Assembly: GCF_018598225.1 (NCBI RefSeq)
Contig: NZ_JAHESF010000007.1
Span: 68,554-132,553, forward strand
Direction of reading: 5' to 3'
From: Chryseosolibacter histidini
GTDB taxonomy: Bacteria; Bacteroidota; Bacteroidia; Cytophagales; Cyclobacteriaceae
DNA length: 64,000 bases
Shown: positions 35,802 through 44,642 of the stretch, piece after piece
How positions within the stretch are numbered: the stretch's first letter is position 1
How the letters are laid out: each line of letters opens with the position of its first letter
Program-made: the position numbers and the translations under genes
Notes under the pieces: generated by a model
The model's database searches: none
Told to the model about the DNA's origin: nothing
Seen by the model: only the letters and a program-made list of their open reading frames with translations

Positions 35802-37208
35802 ATGGGCAAACATAAACTCAATATTAAAGACCTCTCTCCTATCAGCTTTCCCTCTGAGGTGGCCAAAAGCCTGGCATTGAACCTTATGAACAGGCATTTC
35901 AAACACACACCCAATGATGAGAAGCTGGCGTTGATCACAAAAGTGCTCGCAGACCCTGATGCATACATCACTCATGATACACTGAGTTTGCTGGCACATA
36001 AGCTTATTTCCAAATCTGTTCTTGAAACTTTTAAAACGTATGAACTCGACGATGAACCCAAACACTTTGACATTTTCGGCAGCAAGCACATTGAAGTAAA
36101 TGCCGTCCAACAAATGGAACTAGCCATGCGACTTCCCATTGCCGTAAAAGGTGCGCTCATGCCCGATGCACATCAGGGTTACGGACTGCCTATCGGCGGC
36201 GTGCTGGCCACAAAGAATGCCGTGATCCCTTACGGTGTCGGGATGGACATTGGATGCAGGATGGCCCTCAGCATACTCGATGTTCCCGCCAGTTACGTGG
36301 AGCATCATGCCTATGAGATCAAACAGGCGCTGGGGGATCATACACATTTTGGCAATGACGGTGGCCTCGATACCAGGCAGGAGCATCCGGTGCTCGATCA
36401 TCCGGATTTTCAGCAAACTGATCTTCTCAGAAGATTGCATGGAAAAGCTGCAAGACAGCTCGGCAGCTCGGGCTCGGGAAATCACTTTGTTGAGCTCGGC
36501 ATCATCGAGGTTGGTGACGACAATACACTGGGAATTGAATCCGGCGCGTATGCTGCCATACTATCGCATTCCGGCTCCCGAAGCCTGGGTGCCAACATCG
36601 CTCAGCATTATACGGATATTGCGATGAACAAATGCAGACTTCCGCGGGAGGCAAAACACCTCGCATGGTTAACGCTGGATACTGAAGAGGGCCAGGCTTA
36701 CTGGTTATCCATGAATCTTGCGGGCGAATATGCAAAGGCCTGCCATGACCAGATCCATAAAAACCTTTGCAACGCCCTGGGCGCTGGCATCGTGAAGCGT
36801 GTTGAGAACCATCACAACTTCGCCTGGAAGGAAACATTAGCGGACGGGAATGAATACATCGTCCACCGGAAGGGTGCTACGCCGGCCGCGAAAGGTGTGT
36901 TTGGCATAATCCCCGGAAGCATGACAGCGCCCGGATATGTGGTAAGCGGGTTGGGAAACGAATTGTCACTGAACTCTGCTGCCCATGGCGCGGGAAGAAA
37001 AATGTCGAGGTTCAAAGCTAAAAATTCCATCACGATGAGCAGCCTGAAAAAGTTGCTGCAAAGCGAGAAGGTAACACTGATCGGCGGTAGTACAGAAGAG
37101 GCGCCAGCGGCTTACAAGGATATCGAGCTGATCATGCACAACCAGACAACGCTGGTAAATATTGAAGGCAAATTCCATCCCCGCATTGTGAGGATGGCTA
37201 AAGATTAA
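35802..37208 (+). CDS. rtcB: RtcB-family RNA ligase, paralog 2 (about 60% identical to paralog 1, with the same N-terminal extension)
   Basis: MPDAHQGYGLPIGGV, GMDIGCRM, GSGNHFVELG, NHHNFAWKE and HRKGATPAAKGV motifs. N-terminal extension LALITKVLADPDAYITHDTLSLLAHKLI parallels LVLLKGVFEDPSAYVNDVKLSALAHELL of paralog 1. Confidence 0.9.
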   Translation: MGKHKLNIKDLSPISFPSEVAKSLALNLMNRHFKHTPNDEKLALITKVLADPDAYITHDTLSLLAHKLISKSVLETFKTYELDDEPKHFDIFGSKHIEVNAVQQMELAMRLPIAVKGALMPDAHQGYGLPIGGVLATKNAVIPYGVGMDIGCRMALSILDVPASYVEHHAYEIKQALGDHTHFGNDGGLDTRQEHPVLDHPDFQQTDLLRRLHGKAARQLGSSGSGNHFVELGIIEVGDDNTLGIESGAYAAILSHSGSRSLGANIAQHYTDIAMNKCRLPREAKHLAWLTLDTEEGQAYWLSMNLAGEYAKACHDQIHKNLCNALGAGIVKRVENHHNFAWKETLADGNEYIVHRKGATPAAKGVFGIIPGSMTAPGYVVSGLGNELSLNSAAHGAGRKMSRFKAKNSITMSSLKKLLQSEKVTLIGGSTEEAPAAYKDIELIMHNQTTLVNIEGKFHPRIVRMAKD

Positions 37209-37214
37209 AAAACT

Positions 37215-39296
37215 ATGGAAACGAATATTTCACATTCAGAACTTATTCTCAGGAAGCAGAAGCTGGAGCAGGTAAAGTCGGAGCTCAAGGCGAAGTTTCT
37301 TGGCCTTGACGGGATCATCGACGAAGTGACCTCATTGATCATGCCATGGTATCTTTTTCCGGAAGCACAGCTGAGACCCACCATCATCAATCTGTGGGGT
37401 CTGACCGGGTCGGGTAAAACTGCACTGGTGCAGGCTTTCGTAGAACAGCTGGAGTACAGGAAGTTTTACAGTCACATCGATATGGGTGAGTTTGAATCCG
37501 ACTCGGCTACGTGGATCAAAAACATTCTGACAGACGACCTGGATTTCTTCCATGAAAAACCGGCGCTGATCTGCCTGGACGAATTTCAATTCGCCAGAAC
37601 CCTGGATGGCAATAACAACGAGCTTGGAAAAGATAAATTGAGGGTGATCTGGGACCTGCTTGACTCCGGGAAGATCGAGTATATTCCGGGACAAGGCACC
37701 TACTACCTTTTCAGGGCCGAGAACTGCCTGCGAAGAATCGATAAGGCGATCAAGGAAGGTGTAACGCTGGCCAATGGACGGATAGAATATGGCCTCGACC
37801 GTTTCTCAACCATCTTCAGTGGTTTCTTCTTCGACTATAACGACAGGAGCCATGCAACCCAGGATGAGAACTACTTTATGTCCGACGATTTTGTGAACGG
37901 CATGTTCTACCTGTTTGATGATGACGAGTGTTCAAGGGATCATATCAAGGAAATGGTGAAGGCGTCAACGCTTGATGCGCTCAAAATACTCATAACAAAA
38001 GGAATGCATACGAGGCCAGCCACCAAAACGCTGGACCTTTCTCACTGCCTGATCTTCGTATTGGGAAACCTGGATGAGGCTTATACCATGAGCCACAACA
38101 TGAATCCTGATATCAGCGCGGATGAGTTTCACGAACAGACCTCGAAGATCACCATCGCGGACATCAAGCGGGCACTGCGCAAGCGATTCAGACCTGAGCA
38201 GATCGCGCGGTTGGGAAACAACCACGTTATCTATAAGTCGTTCAACAATGCACAGTTCAGGTTACTGATCAGGCAGGAGCTGCAGCGGATCGCTGACTTT
38301 GTTCTTCAGCAGTTTCGCTGGAAAGTCTCTTTCGACGAATCGGTGGTGAATATCGTTTATGCCGAAGGTGTATTTCCAGCGCAAGGCACGAGGCCTGTGT
38401 TGACAACGGTGAAAAACCTCATCGAGTCAAGGATCAGCAGCGTGGTGGTCTCCATTCTCGAGTATCAGCTGAAGATCGACGAGATCGAATGGCGGTTCGA
38501 CAACGGTAACTTCGAATATACACTGAAAGATGCAAACGGTGTTGCCGTTCTGACAGTGTCTGACCCGGGCAGGCTGAAGCTCGAGGACCTCCGGAAAAGC
38601 ATCGATCCGGAAATTCAGGCGCACACTGCCGTGCACGAAGCGGGCCACGCTGTGCTGGCAGCCCTTACGTTAAGGATCGTGCCGACAGTTGTTGTGTCGC
38701 GGACCGCCTCCGATATGGAAGGTTTTTGCCTGGTGAATTTTCCCAAAGGTCCTATGACAAGGCAATCTTTGAAGAAAGACATCGTGATCACACTTGGCGG
38801 ACTTGTAGCTGAAAGAATGATCTTCGGCGAAGACATGACATCCTCGGGCGTATGCAGTGATATCGAAGAAGCTTCGAGGTTGGCCAACAAAGCTATCAGG
38901 GAGTATGGTATGGGGTCAGACCCGCTTCGGCTGGCGTTGCAGGCACAAAATGATGATGCCTTCCTGGTTACTGATAAGTACACAACAGAAGCCATCAGGA
39001 TCATTAAGGAATGCGAAGCCGAGGCTGAAAGGATCCTGACCAATAACAAGCTCCTGTTGCTGAAAATGTCTGAATACCTGACAACACATTCAAGAATGGA
39101 AGAGCCGATGATCGAGACGTATGTAAAAAGATACGGACAGGAAGAATGGATCCAGACCCAAGGGCTGATCAAAAATGACCAGTACTATAAATTCAACACA
39201 ATATTGCAGGGTCAGATCAAGGATCTGCAAAACGAATCTGTAGATTCGGAGATCGAGCGGATCATTTCCACGGTCAGAGAAGAGAGCACTGTTTAA
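37215..39296 (+). CDS. Soluble AAA+/Clp-like P-loop ATPase fused to FtsH-type M41 zinc-metalloprotease domain
   Basis: Walker A GLTGSGKT and Walker B LICLDEF. Sensor-2/lid-like RPEQIARLGNNHVIYKSF. C-terminal HEAGHAV zinc motif followed by LGGLVAERMIFGED, which matches FtsH HEAGHA...LGGRAAEE. No TM helices. The start is 7 bp after rtcB paralog 2. Confidence 0.7.
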   Translation: METNISHSELILRKQKLEQVKSELKAKFLGLDGIIDEVTSLIMPWYLFPEAQLRPTIINLWGLTGSGKTALVQAFVEQLEYRKFYSHIDMGEFESDSATWIKNILTDDLDFFHEKPALICLDEFQFARTLDGNNNELGKDKLRVIWDLLDSGKIEYIPGQGTYYLFRAENCLRRIDKAIKEGVTLANGRIEYGLDRFSTIFSGFFFDYNDRSHATQDENYFMSDDFVNGMFYLFDDDECSRDHIKEMVKASTLDALKILITKGMHTRPATKTLDLSHCLIFVLGNLDEAYTMSHNMNPDISADEFHEQTSKITIADIKRALRKRFRPEQIARLGNNHVIYKSFNNAQFRLLIRQELQRIADFVLQQFRWKVSFDESVVNIVYAEGVFPAQGTRPVLTTVKNLIESRISSVVVSILEYQLKIDEIEWRFDNGNFEYTLKDANGVAVLTVSDPGRLKLEDLRKSIDPEIQAHTAVHEAGHAVLAALTLRIVPTVVVSRTASDMEGFCLVNFPKGPMTRQSLKKDIVITLGGLVAERMIFGEDMTSSGVCSDIEEASRLANKAIREYGMGSDPLRLALQAQNDDAFLVTDKYTTEAIRIIKECEAEAERILTNNKLLLLKMSEYLTTHSRMEEPMIETYVKRYGQEEWIQTQGLIKNDQYYKFNTILQGQIKDLQNESVDSEIERIISTVREESTV

Positions 39297-39356
39297 AAAA
39301 TAAGCGGGGAGCCCGATGATAATATTGGGTGCCCCCTGCATAAAACATCACAAAAA

Positions 39357-39908
39357 ATGATCAACGAAAAAGAAAATAAACGGATCAGCAAGTTCCTGAG
39401 TCTCGTGCTGCGACACAAGCCGGAGACGGTCCATATCGAACTGGACGGAAACGGCTGGACGGATGTGGATGTCCTGATCGAACGTATGCGCGAACATCAG
39501 TTTAACATCAGCCGGGAGATCCTGGCGCACGTTGTGAGCACGAATGACAAAAGCCGGTTTGCCTTCAGTGACGATCTCACCCGGATCCGGGCGAGCCAGG
39601 GTCATTCTGTTGACATCGACCTGGGCTACGAAGCACAACAGCCACCACCTGTTCTGTATCATGGCACAACGGAGAATGCCCTTGCTTCGATCCTGAAAAC
39701 GGGATTGGAAAAACGGGACAGGCACCATGTTCATCTCAGCACGGAGATCAAAACCGCCACTGCCGTGGGCCAGCGATACGGGAAGCCAACCATCCTTCAG
39801 GTGGCAGCCGGTGAAATGTTCCAGGATGGTTACCGGTTTTACCGAACGGATAACAACGTGTGGCTCACAGATCACGTACCGGTGAAGTACTTTACGGTTA
39901 TTGAATAG
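39357..39908 (+). CDS. kptA: RNA 2'-phosphotransferase Tpt1/KptA
   Basis: KFLSLVLRHKPE, LYHGTTENALASILKTGL and RHHVHLS motifs with catalytic Arg/His residues, typical of Tpt1/KptA. 183 aa. Confidence 0.85.
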   Translation: MINEKENKRISKFLSLVLRHKPETVHIELDGNGWTDVDVLIERMREHQFNISREILAHVVSTNDKSRFAFSDDLTRIRASQGHSVDIDLGYEAQQPPPVLYHGTTENALASILKTGLEKRDRHHVHLSTEIKTATAVGQRYGKPTILQVAAGEMFQDGYRFYRTDNNVWLTDHVPVKYFTVIE

Positions 39909-40197
39909 TTGCCACGGTTGGCTTCGAAGGAAGCACTGGTGACCAAACGGTGACGTCAGCATCATCCACCATATACTTTTCAAGCGATGCCTCTTCTTAT
40001 CTAACGCACAGCACTGACCGATCCGTCAGCCATCATCACGCACGTCGATTTTTTTATCACGCACAGCCGGTACAGGCAACCCTTTGCTCAAAATTGTTGT
40101 ACAGGTTTTTGCAACGGTACTCATGTTTATGCGAAGCGTTGCGGCCTGTAAAATTATTAGTGACAGGATTCATTTGTTTATCAGATAAAAAACCAAA

Positions 40198-41037
40198 GTG
40201 TGTATGAAAACTTTGCTCAAATCAGTATTGATCACTTTGCTCAGCGCGGCGGTCATTTTTCTCTCGGGTTGTGATGATGATGAGAGCCCGAAACTTACCG
40301 GTGACAACAAAGTATATGAGCTGGGGGCTGTCGGCAACGCTACCGCCAGCGGAACCGTTACTTTTGCCAAGAGGGACGACGGCAAAACACTGATCACCAT
40401 TCAGCTTTCCGGCACGCAGGGCAGCGCGATTCATCCCGCACACATCCATGCGAACACGGCTGCCGAAGGTGGTGCCATTGTGGTGAGCCTGCAAAATGTT
40501 TCGGGGTCTTCAGGAAAAAGCGAGACCGTAGTGTCAGCAATGGACGACGGCACCATGCTCAGCTATGATGAGTTGATCGCTTTCGATGGTTATGTCAATG
40601 TGCATGCCAGCGAAGCAGATCTCGCCACGCTTGTAGCACAGGGTGACATCGGGCAGAATGCATTGACAGGCGACTCGAAAACCTACAATATGGGTCCCGT
40701 CTCAAATCCTGCCATCAGCGGTACCGTAAGGTTCCAAAAAAGAACGAACAACGAAACGCTGGTGACCCTCTCACTCACGGGAACAACGGCAGGTGGAGAT
40801 CACCCTGCGCATATTCACAATAATTCAGTGGCCACGGGCGGGAGTATTGCGCTGGACCTGACCAACGTCAATGGAACCACCGGAAAAAGTGTTACCAATG
40901 TTACAAAATTGAGGAGCGGCGCGGCCATCACTTATGACCAACTGATCACGTTCAACGGTTATGCACAAGTTCACCTCAGCGCAGCTAACCTGGCAACCAT
41001 CCTCGCAAACGGAAATATCGGATCCAATGCGCCTTAA
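40198..41037 (+). CDS. Lipoprotein with two CHRD domains
   Basis: Lipobox LSGCDDD. Two repeats each containing HPAHIH(A/N)N...GG(A/S)I (the CHRD signature). Confidence 0.75.
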   Translation: MCMKTLLKSVLITLLSAAVIFLSGCDDDESPKLTGDNKVYELGAVGNATASGTVTFAKRDDGKTLITIQLSGTQGSAIHPAHIHANTAAEGGAIVVSLQNVSGSSGKSETVVSAMDDGTMLSYDELIAFDGYVNVHASEADLATLVAQGDIGQNALTGDSKTYNMGPVSNPAISGTVRFQKRTNNETLVTLSLTGTTAGGDHPAHIHNNSVATGGSIALDLTNVNGTTGKSVTNVTKLRSGAAITYDQLITFNGYAQVHLSAANLATILANGNIGSNAP

Positions 41038-41872
41038 AAATCTGCTATCAAAAAGGAACCGGGGAAACTCTCTCCGGTTCTGCCTGAACCATCGATCTTT
41101 CGTAAATTTTCTTTTCCTGGTGTTACTCACAGGCGTATCATGTGTTTCCCACACGTTACCCGGACCTGCCGACTGCCATGCAAACCCCATTGTGGTAGAA
41201 CTGGTATCGGTTCAGGATACGGATTGTGGTCTGAGCGAGGGCATGATCGAAGTGGTTGCCACGGGCGGCTCCGGCATCTACAACTATAACCTCAACGAAG
41301 GTGAAGATCAGCCAGGGGCCGTTTTCTCAACGCTGGCGGCCGGCGTTTACAACGTGACGGCTAGGGATGTGTTAGGTTGCAGCGCCGCGATAGAAGTGAC
41401 CGTAAAAAATAAAACCGGACTGAACCTCGCCTTTGAAACCAGCGATGCCGGTTGTAAGTCTGCCGGCGGAGCCATCCATGTCATTCCTAGCGATGGTGTA
41501 CCACCTTATCTTTTCAGGATGAGCAACGGAAACACCCAGACCAGTGACACCTTTGCAGGACTTGTGCAAGGGCAATACAACATTACTGTCAGCGACGCCA
41601 CCGGATGCGAAGTGAGTCAGGCCATCAGGGTATCTTCAGGAGTCCGTTTTTCAACAGAAGTTTCTCCTATCATCGCGACAAGCTGTGCCATTACCGGCTG
41701 CCATAACGGAGCGCAGTTTCCGGATCTCAGGGTGTTCAGCAATATCCGCGCGAATGCGGCCATGATCAAAAAACTTACGGGTGACCGCACCATGCCTGAG
41801 AATGGAACGCTAACGCAGGCACAGATCAATGCGATTGCCTGCTGGGTGGATGACGGGGCGGTGGAGAACTAA
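41027..41872 (+). CDS. Secreted protein with two SprB-like repeats and a C-terminal Cys-His domain (possible c-type-cytochrome-like)
   Basis: Repeats ...GGSGIYNYNL...AGVYNVTARDVLGCSA and ...GVPPYLFRMS...GQYNITVSDATGCEV. C-terminus SCAITGCHNG...GDRTMPENG...NAIACWV. The upstream in-frame start at 40961 overlaps the CHRD gene. Confidence 0.5.
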   Translation: MRLKNLLSKRNRGNSLRFCLNHRSFVNFLFLVLLTGVSCVSHTLPGPADCHANPIVVELVSVQDTDCGLSEGMIEVVATGGSGIYNYNLNEGEDQPGAVFSTLAAGVYNVTARDVLGCSAAIEVTVKNKTGLNLAFETSDAGCKSAGGAIHVIPSDGVPPYLFRMSNGNTQTSDTFAGLVQGQYNITVSDATGCEVSQAIRVSSGVRFSTEVSPIIATSCAITGCHNGAQFPDLRVFSNIRANAAMIKKLTGDRTMPENGTLTQAQINAIACWVDDGAVEN

Positions 41873-42008
41873 CTCACCCTCGGTTCCTCTCTTTGGGAAG
41901 AGAGGGATGACTGACTCTACTGAGTTTTCAGTCGTGGTTGATAATTTTGTGCATATCAATAAAAACGGCGAGCGAAGAATCGCCCGCCGTTGAAAAAAAA
42001 AACTGATA

Positions 42009-42515
42009 TCATTTTACGGCAAACTCAATCACTGAGTCGGCCCAGGCCAGTTGTACATTGCCTTTGGGGGTTACCGTGTAGGTGAGCTTTTCTGCAAAAG
42101 CTTTCGACTTCTTCAAAGGTGCTGTTACCCGCAGCACATCTTCGTCTTGCTTGTAGCTGAATGCACCCCACTTGATGGTCTTATTAAAAATGATAGTGGC
42201 GTCTTTTTCATTGGGGATAACAAAGAACGCATACTTACCTGCCGGCAGATTTTTGCCTTCTACTGTGGCATCTGCAGAAACTGTAAAGGCTGTGGTCTCG
42301 TTGGCACCGGCGCGCCATACCTGGCCGTAGGGTACAAGCTCGCCCCAAACCTTGCGGCCTTTAACAGATGGCTGGCTGTAATCGATGGTGATGGTTTTTC
42401 CGTTGACCTTGCCGGTTGCCTGTGCGGGAGGGCTGGGCCTGGCGGCTTTGTCGTCTTGTGCAAACAAAATCACACTGGCCATTAAAAAGCTGAATAGAAA
42501 AGCTGATTTTTTCAT
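42009..42515 (-). CDS. DUF2911-family secreted protein
   Basis: Signal peptide. VWRAGANETTAFTVSADATVEGKNLPAGKYAFFVIP is characteristic of Bacteroidota DUF2911 proteins. Confidence 0.6.
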   Translation of the reverse strand: MKKSAFLFSFLMASVILFAQDDKAARPSPPAQATGKVNGKTITIDYSQPSVKGRKVWGELVPYGQVWRAGANETTAFTVSADATVEGKNLPAGKYAFFVIPNEKDATIIFNKTIKWGAFSYKQDEDVLRVTAPLKKSKAFAEKLTYTVTPKGNVQLAWADSVIEFAVK

Positions 42516-42583
42516 AATGGTAAAAAGTTTAAATGATGTGCTAAGATGACAGACAGATACGTACTGCAGGGATGCAGGTTCTT

Positions 42584-42634
42584 TTCAAGGCTGTTCAAGC
42601 CATGTTCAAGGCCGTTCAAGCCTGTTCAAGGCCT
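42584..42634. repeat. About 5 tandem copies of an 11-mer (GTTCAAGSCNN) immediately 3' of the minus-strand AraC gene
   Basis: ttcaaggctg ttcaagccatg ttcaaggccg ttcaagcctg ttcaaggcct read directly. Confidence 0.8.
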
Positions 42635-42681
42635 AACACGCCCAAGGTACGAGGTACGTGCCTTCGATCAAGGGGCTACTT

Positions 42682-43572
42682 TCAATTCAAGCTCAGGCGC
42701 TTGAATTCGTTGGGGGTCATACCGGTTTCTTTTTTGAATAAACGGGAAAAATAGGGTGGATTTTCAAAACCCAGGCCGTAAGCGATCTGGGAAACATTCT
42801 GGTTGGCGGTGGTCAGCAGGTTCTTTGCTTCCGAGATCAGGAAGAGATGGATCAGGTCAATCGCCGTTTTTCCGGTCTCCTGTTTCAGGAGGTCGCTTAA
42901 ATAACGGGACGACAGGTTCAGCTGCGAGGCGATGAAGTTCACCGTAGGCAAGCCGTTGTCTTTCACCAGTCCTTTTTCAAAGTATGAGGTGAGGATCTCA
43001 TTGACCTTGGTAACGGTAGCGCCGGCAATGACCGTTCTGTCCATGAACTGCCGTTTATAAAAGCGCTGTGCGTACTTCAATATAGAGTCCAGGTGCGATA
43101 ACATGATGTCGCGGCTGTACTCGTCGGTGTTGTTACGGTATTCGGTTTCGATCTTCCGGTACAGCTCCCAGATCACCTGCTCTTCTTTGGGCGAAAGGTG
43201 CAACGCCTCATTGACTTCATAATCAAAGAAGCTATACTTCCTGATCTCGTGATGCAACGGATGCCCGTTCAGGAAGTCTTCGTGGAAATAAATGGCAAAA
43301 CCGCTTTCTTCCAGCGCCATGTTCCTGATGCCCACTACCTGCCGCGGTTTCACAAACGACATCGAGCCGTGGTCGTGGTCATACTTTGTTTTGCCGTATA
43401 ACATTTCGCCAGACCGAAATTTCTTGAACCCGATCATAAAAAAATCACTGGTATGTTCGATGCCTGCGGTGCCACAGGTTCCTTCGCATGTGTTGAGGCT
43501 TATCAAAGGGTGCTCCGGAGGACGGAAGCCCAAAGCGTTGTGGAGGTCGTTCAGCTTTTTGAAGTGGATCAT
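42682..43572 (-). CDS. AraC-family transcriptional regulator
   Basis: C-terminal AraC HTH (FIASQLNLSSRYLSDLLKQETGKTAIDLIHLFLISEAKNLLTTANQNVSQIAYGLGFENPPYFSRLFKKETGMTPNEFKR). Confidence 0.85.
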   Translation of the reverse strand: MIHFKKLNDLHNALGFRPPEHPLISLNTCEGTCGTAGIEHTSDFFMIGFKKFRSGEMLYGKTKYDHDHGSMSFVKPRQVVGIRNMALEESGFAIYFHEDFLNGHPLHHEIRKYSFFDYEVNEALHLSPKEEQVIWELYRKIETEYRNNTDEYSRDIMLSHLDSILKYAQRFYKRQFMDRTVIAGATVTKVNEILTSYFEKGLVKDNGLPTVNFIASQLNLSSRYLSDLLKQETGKTAIDLIHLFLISEAKNLLTTANQNVSQIAYGLGFENPPYFSRLFKKETGMTPNEFKRLSLN

Positions 43573-43645
43573 ACGTCTAAAAATTGATTTTCAGGATCCA
43601 TGTGTGAGAACATGGATCCTGCAGTAATCGTTTCAAACCGGCCAT

Positions 43646-44464
43646 TTATTTTCCGTGCGCTGCGGCAGCAACTTCATTCCATTGCTCCCAGGTAGCGAGG
43701 CGGTCCTGATAGATCTGTTTCGCCCATGGCAACGCTACTTTGCCCAAGAACAGGCGGAGCGGCGGATTCGGAGCATCCACAAGTTTTACGATGGCGTCAA
43801 CAGTTGCTTCGGGCACACCGAAAATATCATCGGTAAGGCCTGCCTTGAAAGATTCCCTGACGGGCTCATACTCCTTCATCGGCTGGCTGTGAATGGCTGA
43901 TGCGCCAGACCACTCTGTAGCGAATCCATTCGGCTCAACCAGGGTAACGTTGATGCCAAAATCTTTCACTTCGGCAGCCAGCGTTTCACTCAATCCTTCC
44001 ACGGCAAACTTGGAGGCATTGTAAAGTCCGAGGATAGGCAGTGTAACCAGGCCCAGCACGCTTGACACCTGGATGATATGTCCTTTCTTTTGTTTGCGCA
44101 TCACGGGCAACACCGCCTGGGTCACCCACAACAGTCCAAACACATTGGTTTCGATCTGGTCTCTTGCCTCCGACTCTGTTGTCTCTTCAATGGTTCCAAA
44201 CAGTCCGTAGCCCGCGTTGTTGATCAGCACATCGATGCTGCCAAAGTGGTTGGCGGCTTTTTTTACGGCTGCAAAAGCTGCTTCGCGATCGGTTACATCC
44301 AATGCAATGGGTAACACGGCGTTGCCATACCGCTTCACGAGGTCGCTCAATGCATCTATGTTCCTTGCGGTAGCGGCTACTTGATGGCCATTTTTGAGAA
44401 ATGCTTCGGCCCAGATCTTTCCAAATCCCCTGGAAGCTCCGGTGATGAAAATTGTTTTTGTCAT
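43646..44464 (-). CDS. SDR-family oxidoreductase
   Basis: TGASRGFG cofactor motif. NNAG and YxxxK catalytic motif (YNASKFAVEG). Confidence 0.85.
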   Translation of the reverse strand: MTKTIFITGASRGFGKIWAEAFLKNGHQVAATARNIDALSDLVKRYGNAVLPIALDVTDREAAFAAVKKAANHFGSIDVLINNAGYGLFGTIEETTESEARDQIETNVFGLLWVTQAVLPVMRKQKKGHIIQVSSVLGLVTLPILGLYNASKFAVEGLSETLAAEVKDFGINVTLVEPNGFATEWSGASAIHSQPMKEYEPVRESFKAGLTDDIFGVPEATVDAIVKLVDAPNPPLRLFLGKVALPWAKQIYQDRLATWEQWNEVAAAAHGK

Positions 44465-44606
44465 TATCAAAGAGGTTAAATAATGACACAAAACTACTGG
44501 CACTGATGCCCGCCTGAATTATACAAAAATCCGTATTCCAGATACTTTTTTACAAGAACCGTTCACTTAATACTGAAACTCAGTTCATTTAACCCAACAC
44601 CCGAAC

Positions 44607-44642
44607 CTCCTGACTCCTTACTTCTGGCTCCTGACTTCTTTT
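44607..44642. repeat. Short oligonucleotide repeat (CTCCTGACTCCTTACTTCTGGCTCCTGACTTCTT) immediately 3' of the ABC permease gene
   Basis: Read on the minus strand it is aagaagtcaggagccagaagtaaggagtcaggag, near-identical in composition to the repeat at 57746-57812. Confidence 0.75.

Noticed and set aside
38615-39172. 185-aa minus-strand ORF inside the AAA-M41 gene
   Set aside because: Overlaps the HEAGH protease domain coding region. No motif.
30715-39908. Prophage or integrative element with integrase
   Set aside because: No integrase, transposase, or phage structural gene is recognisable. Only the tRNA-fragment scars hint at past integration.
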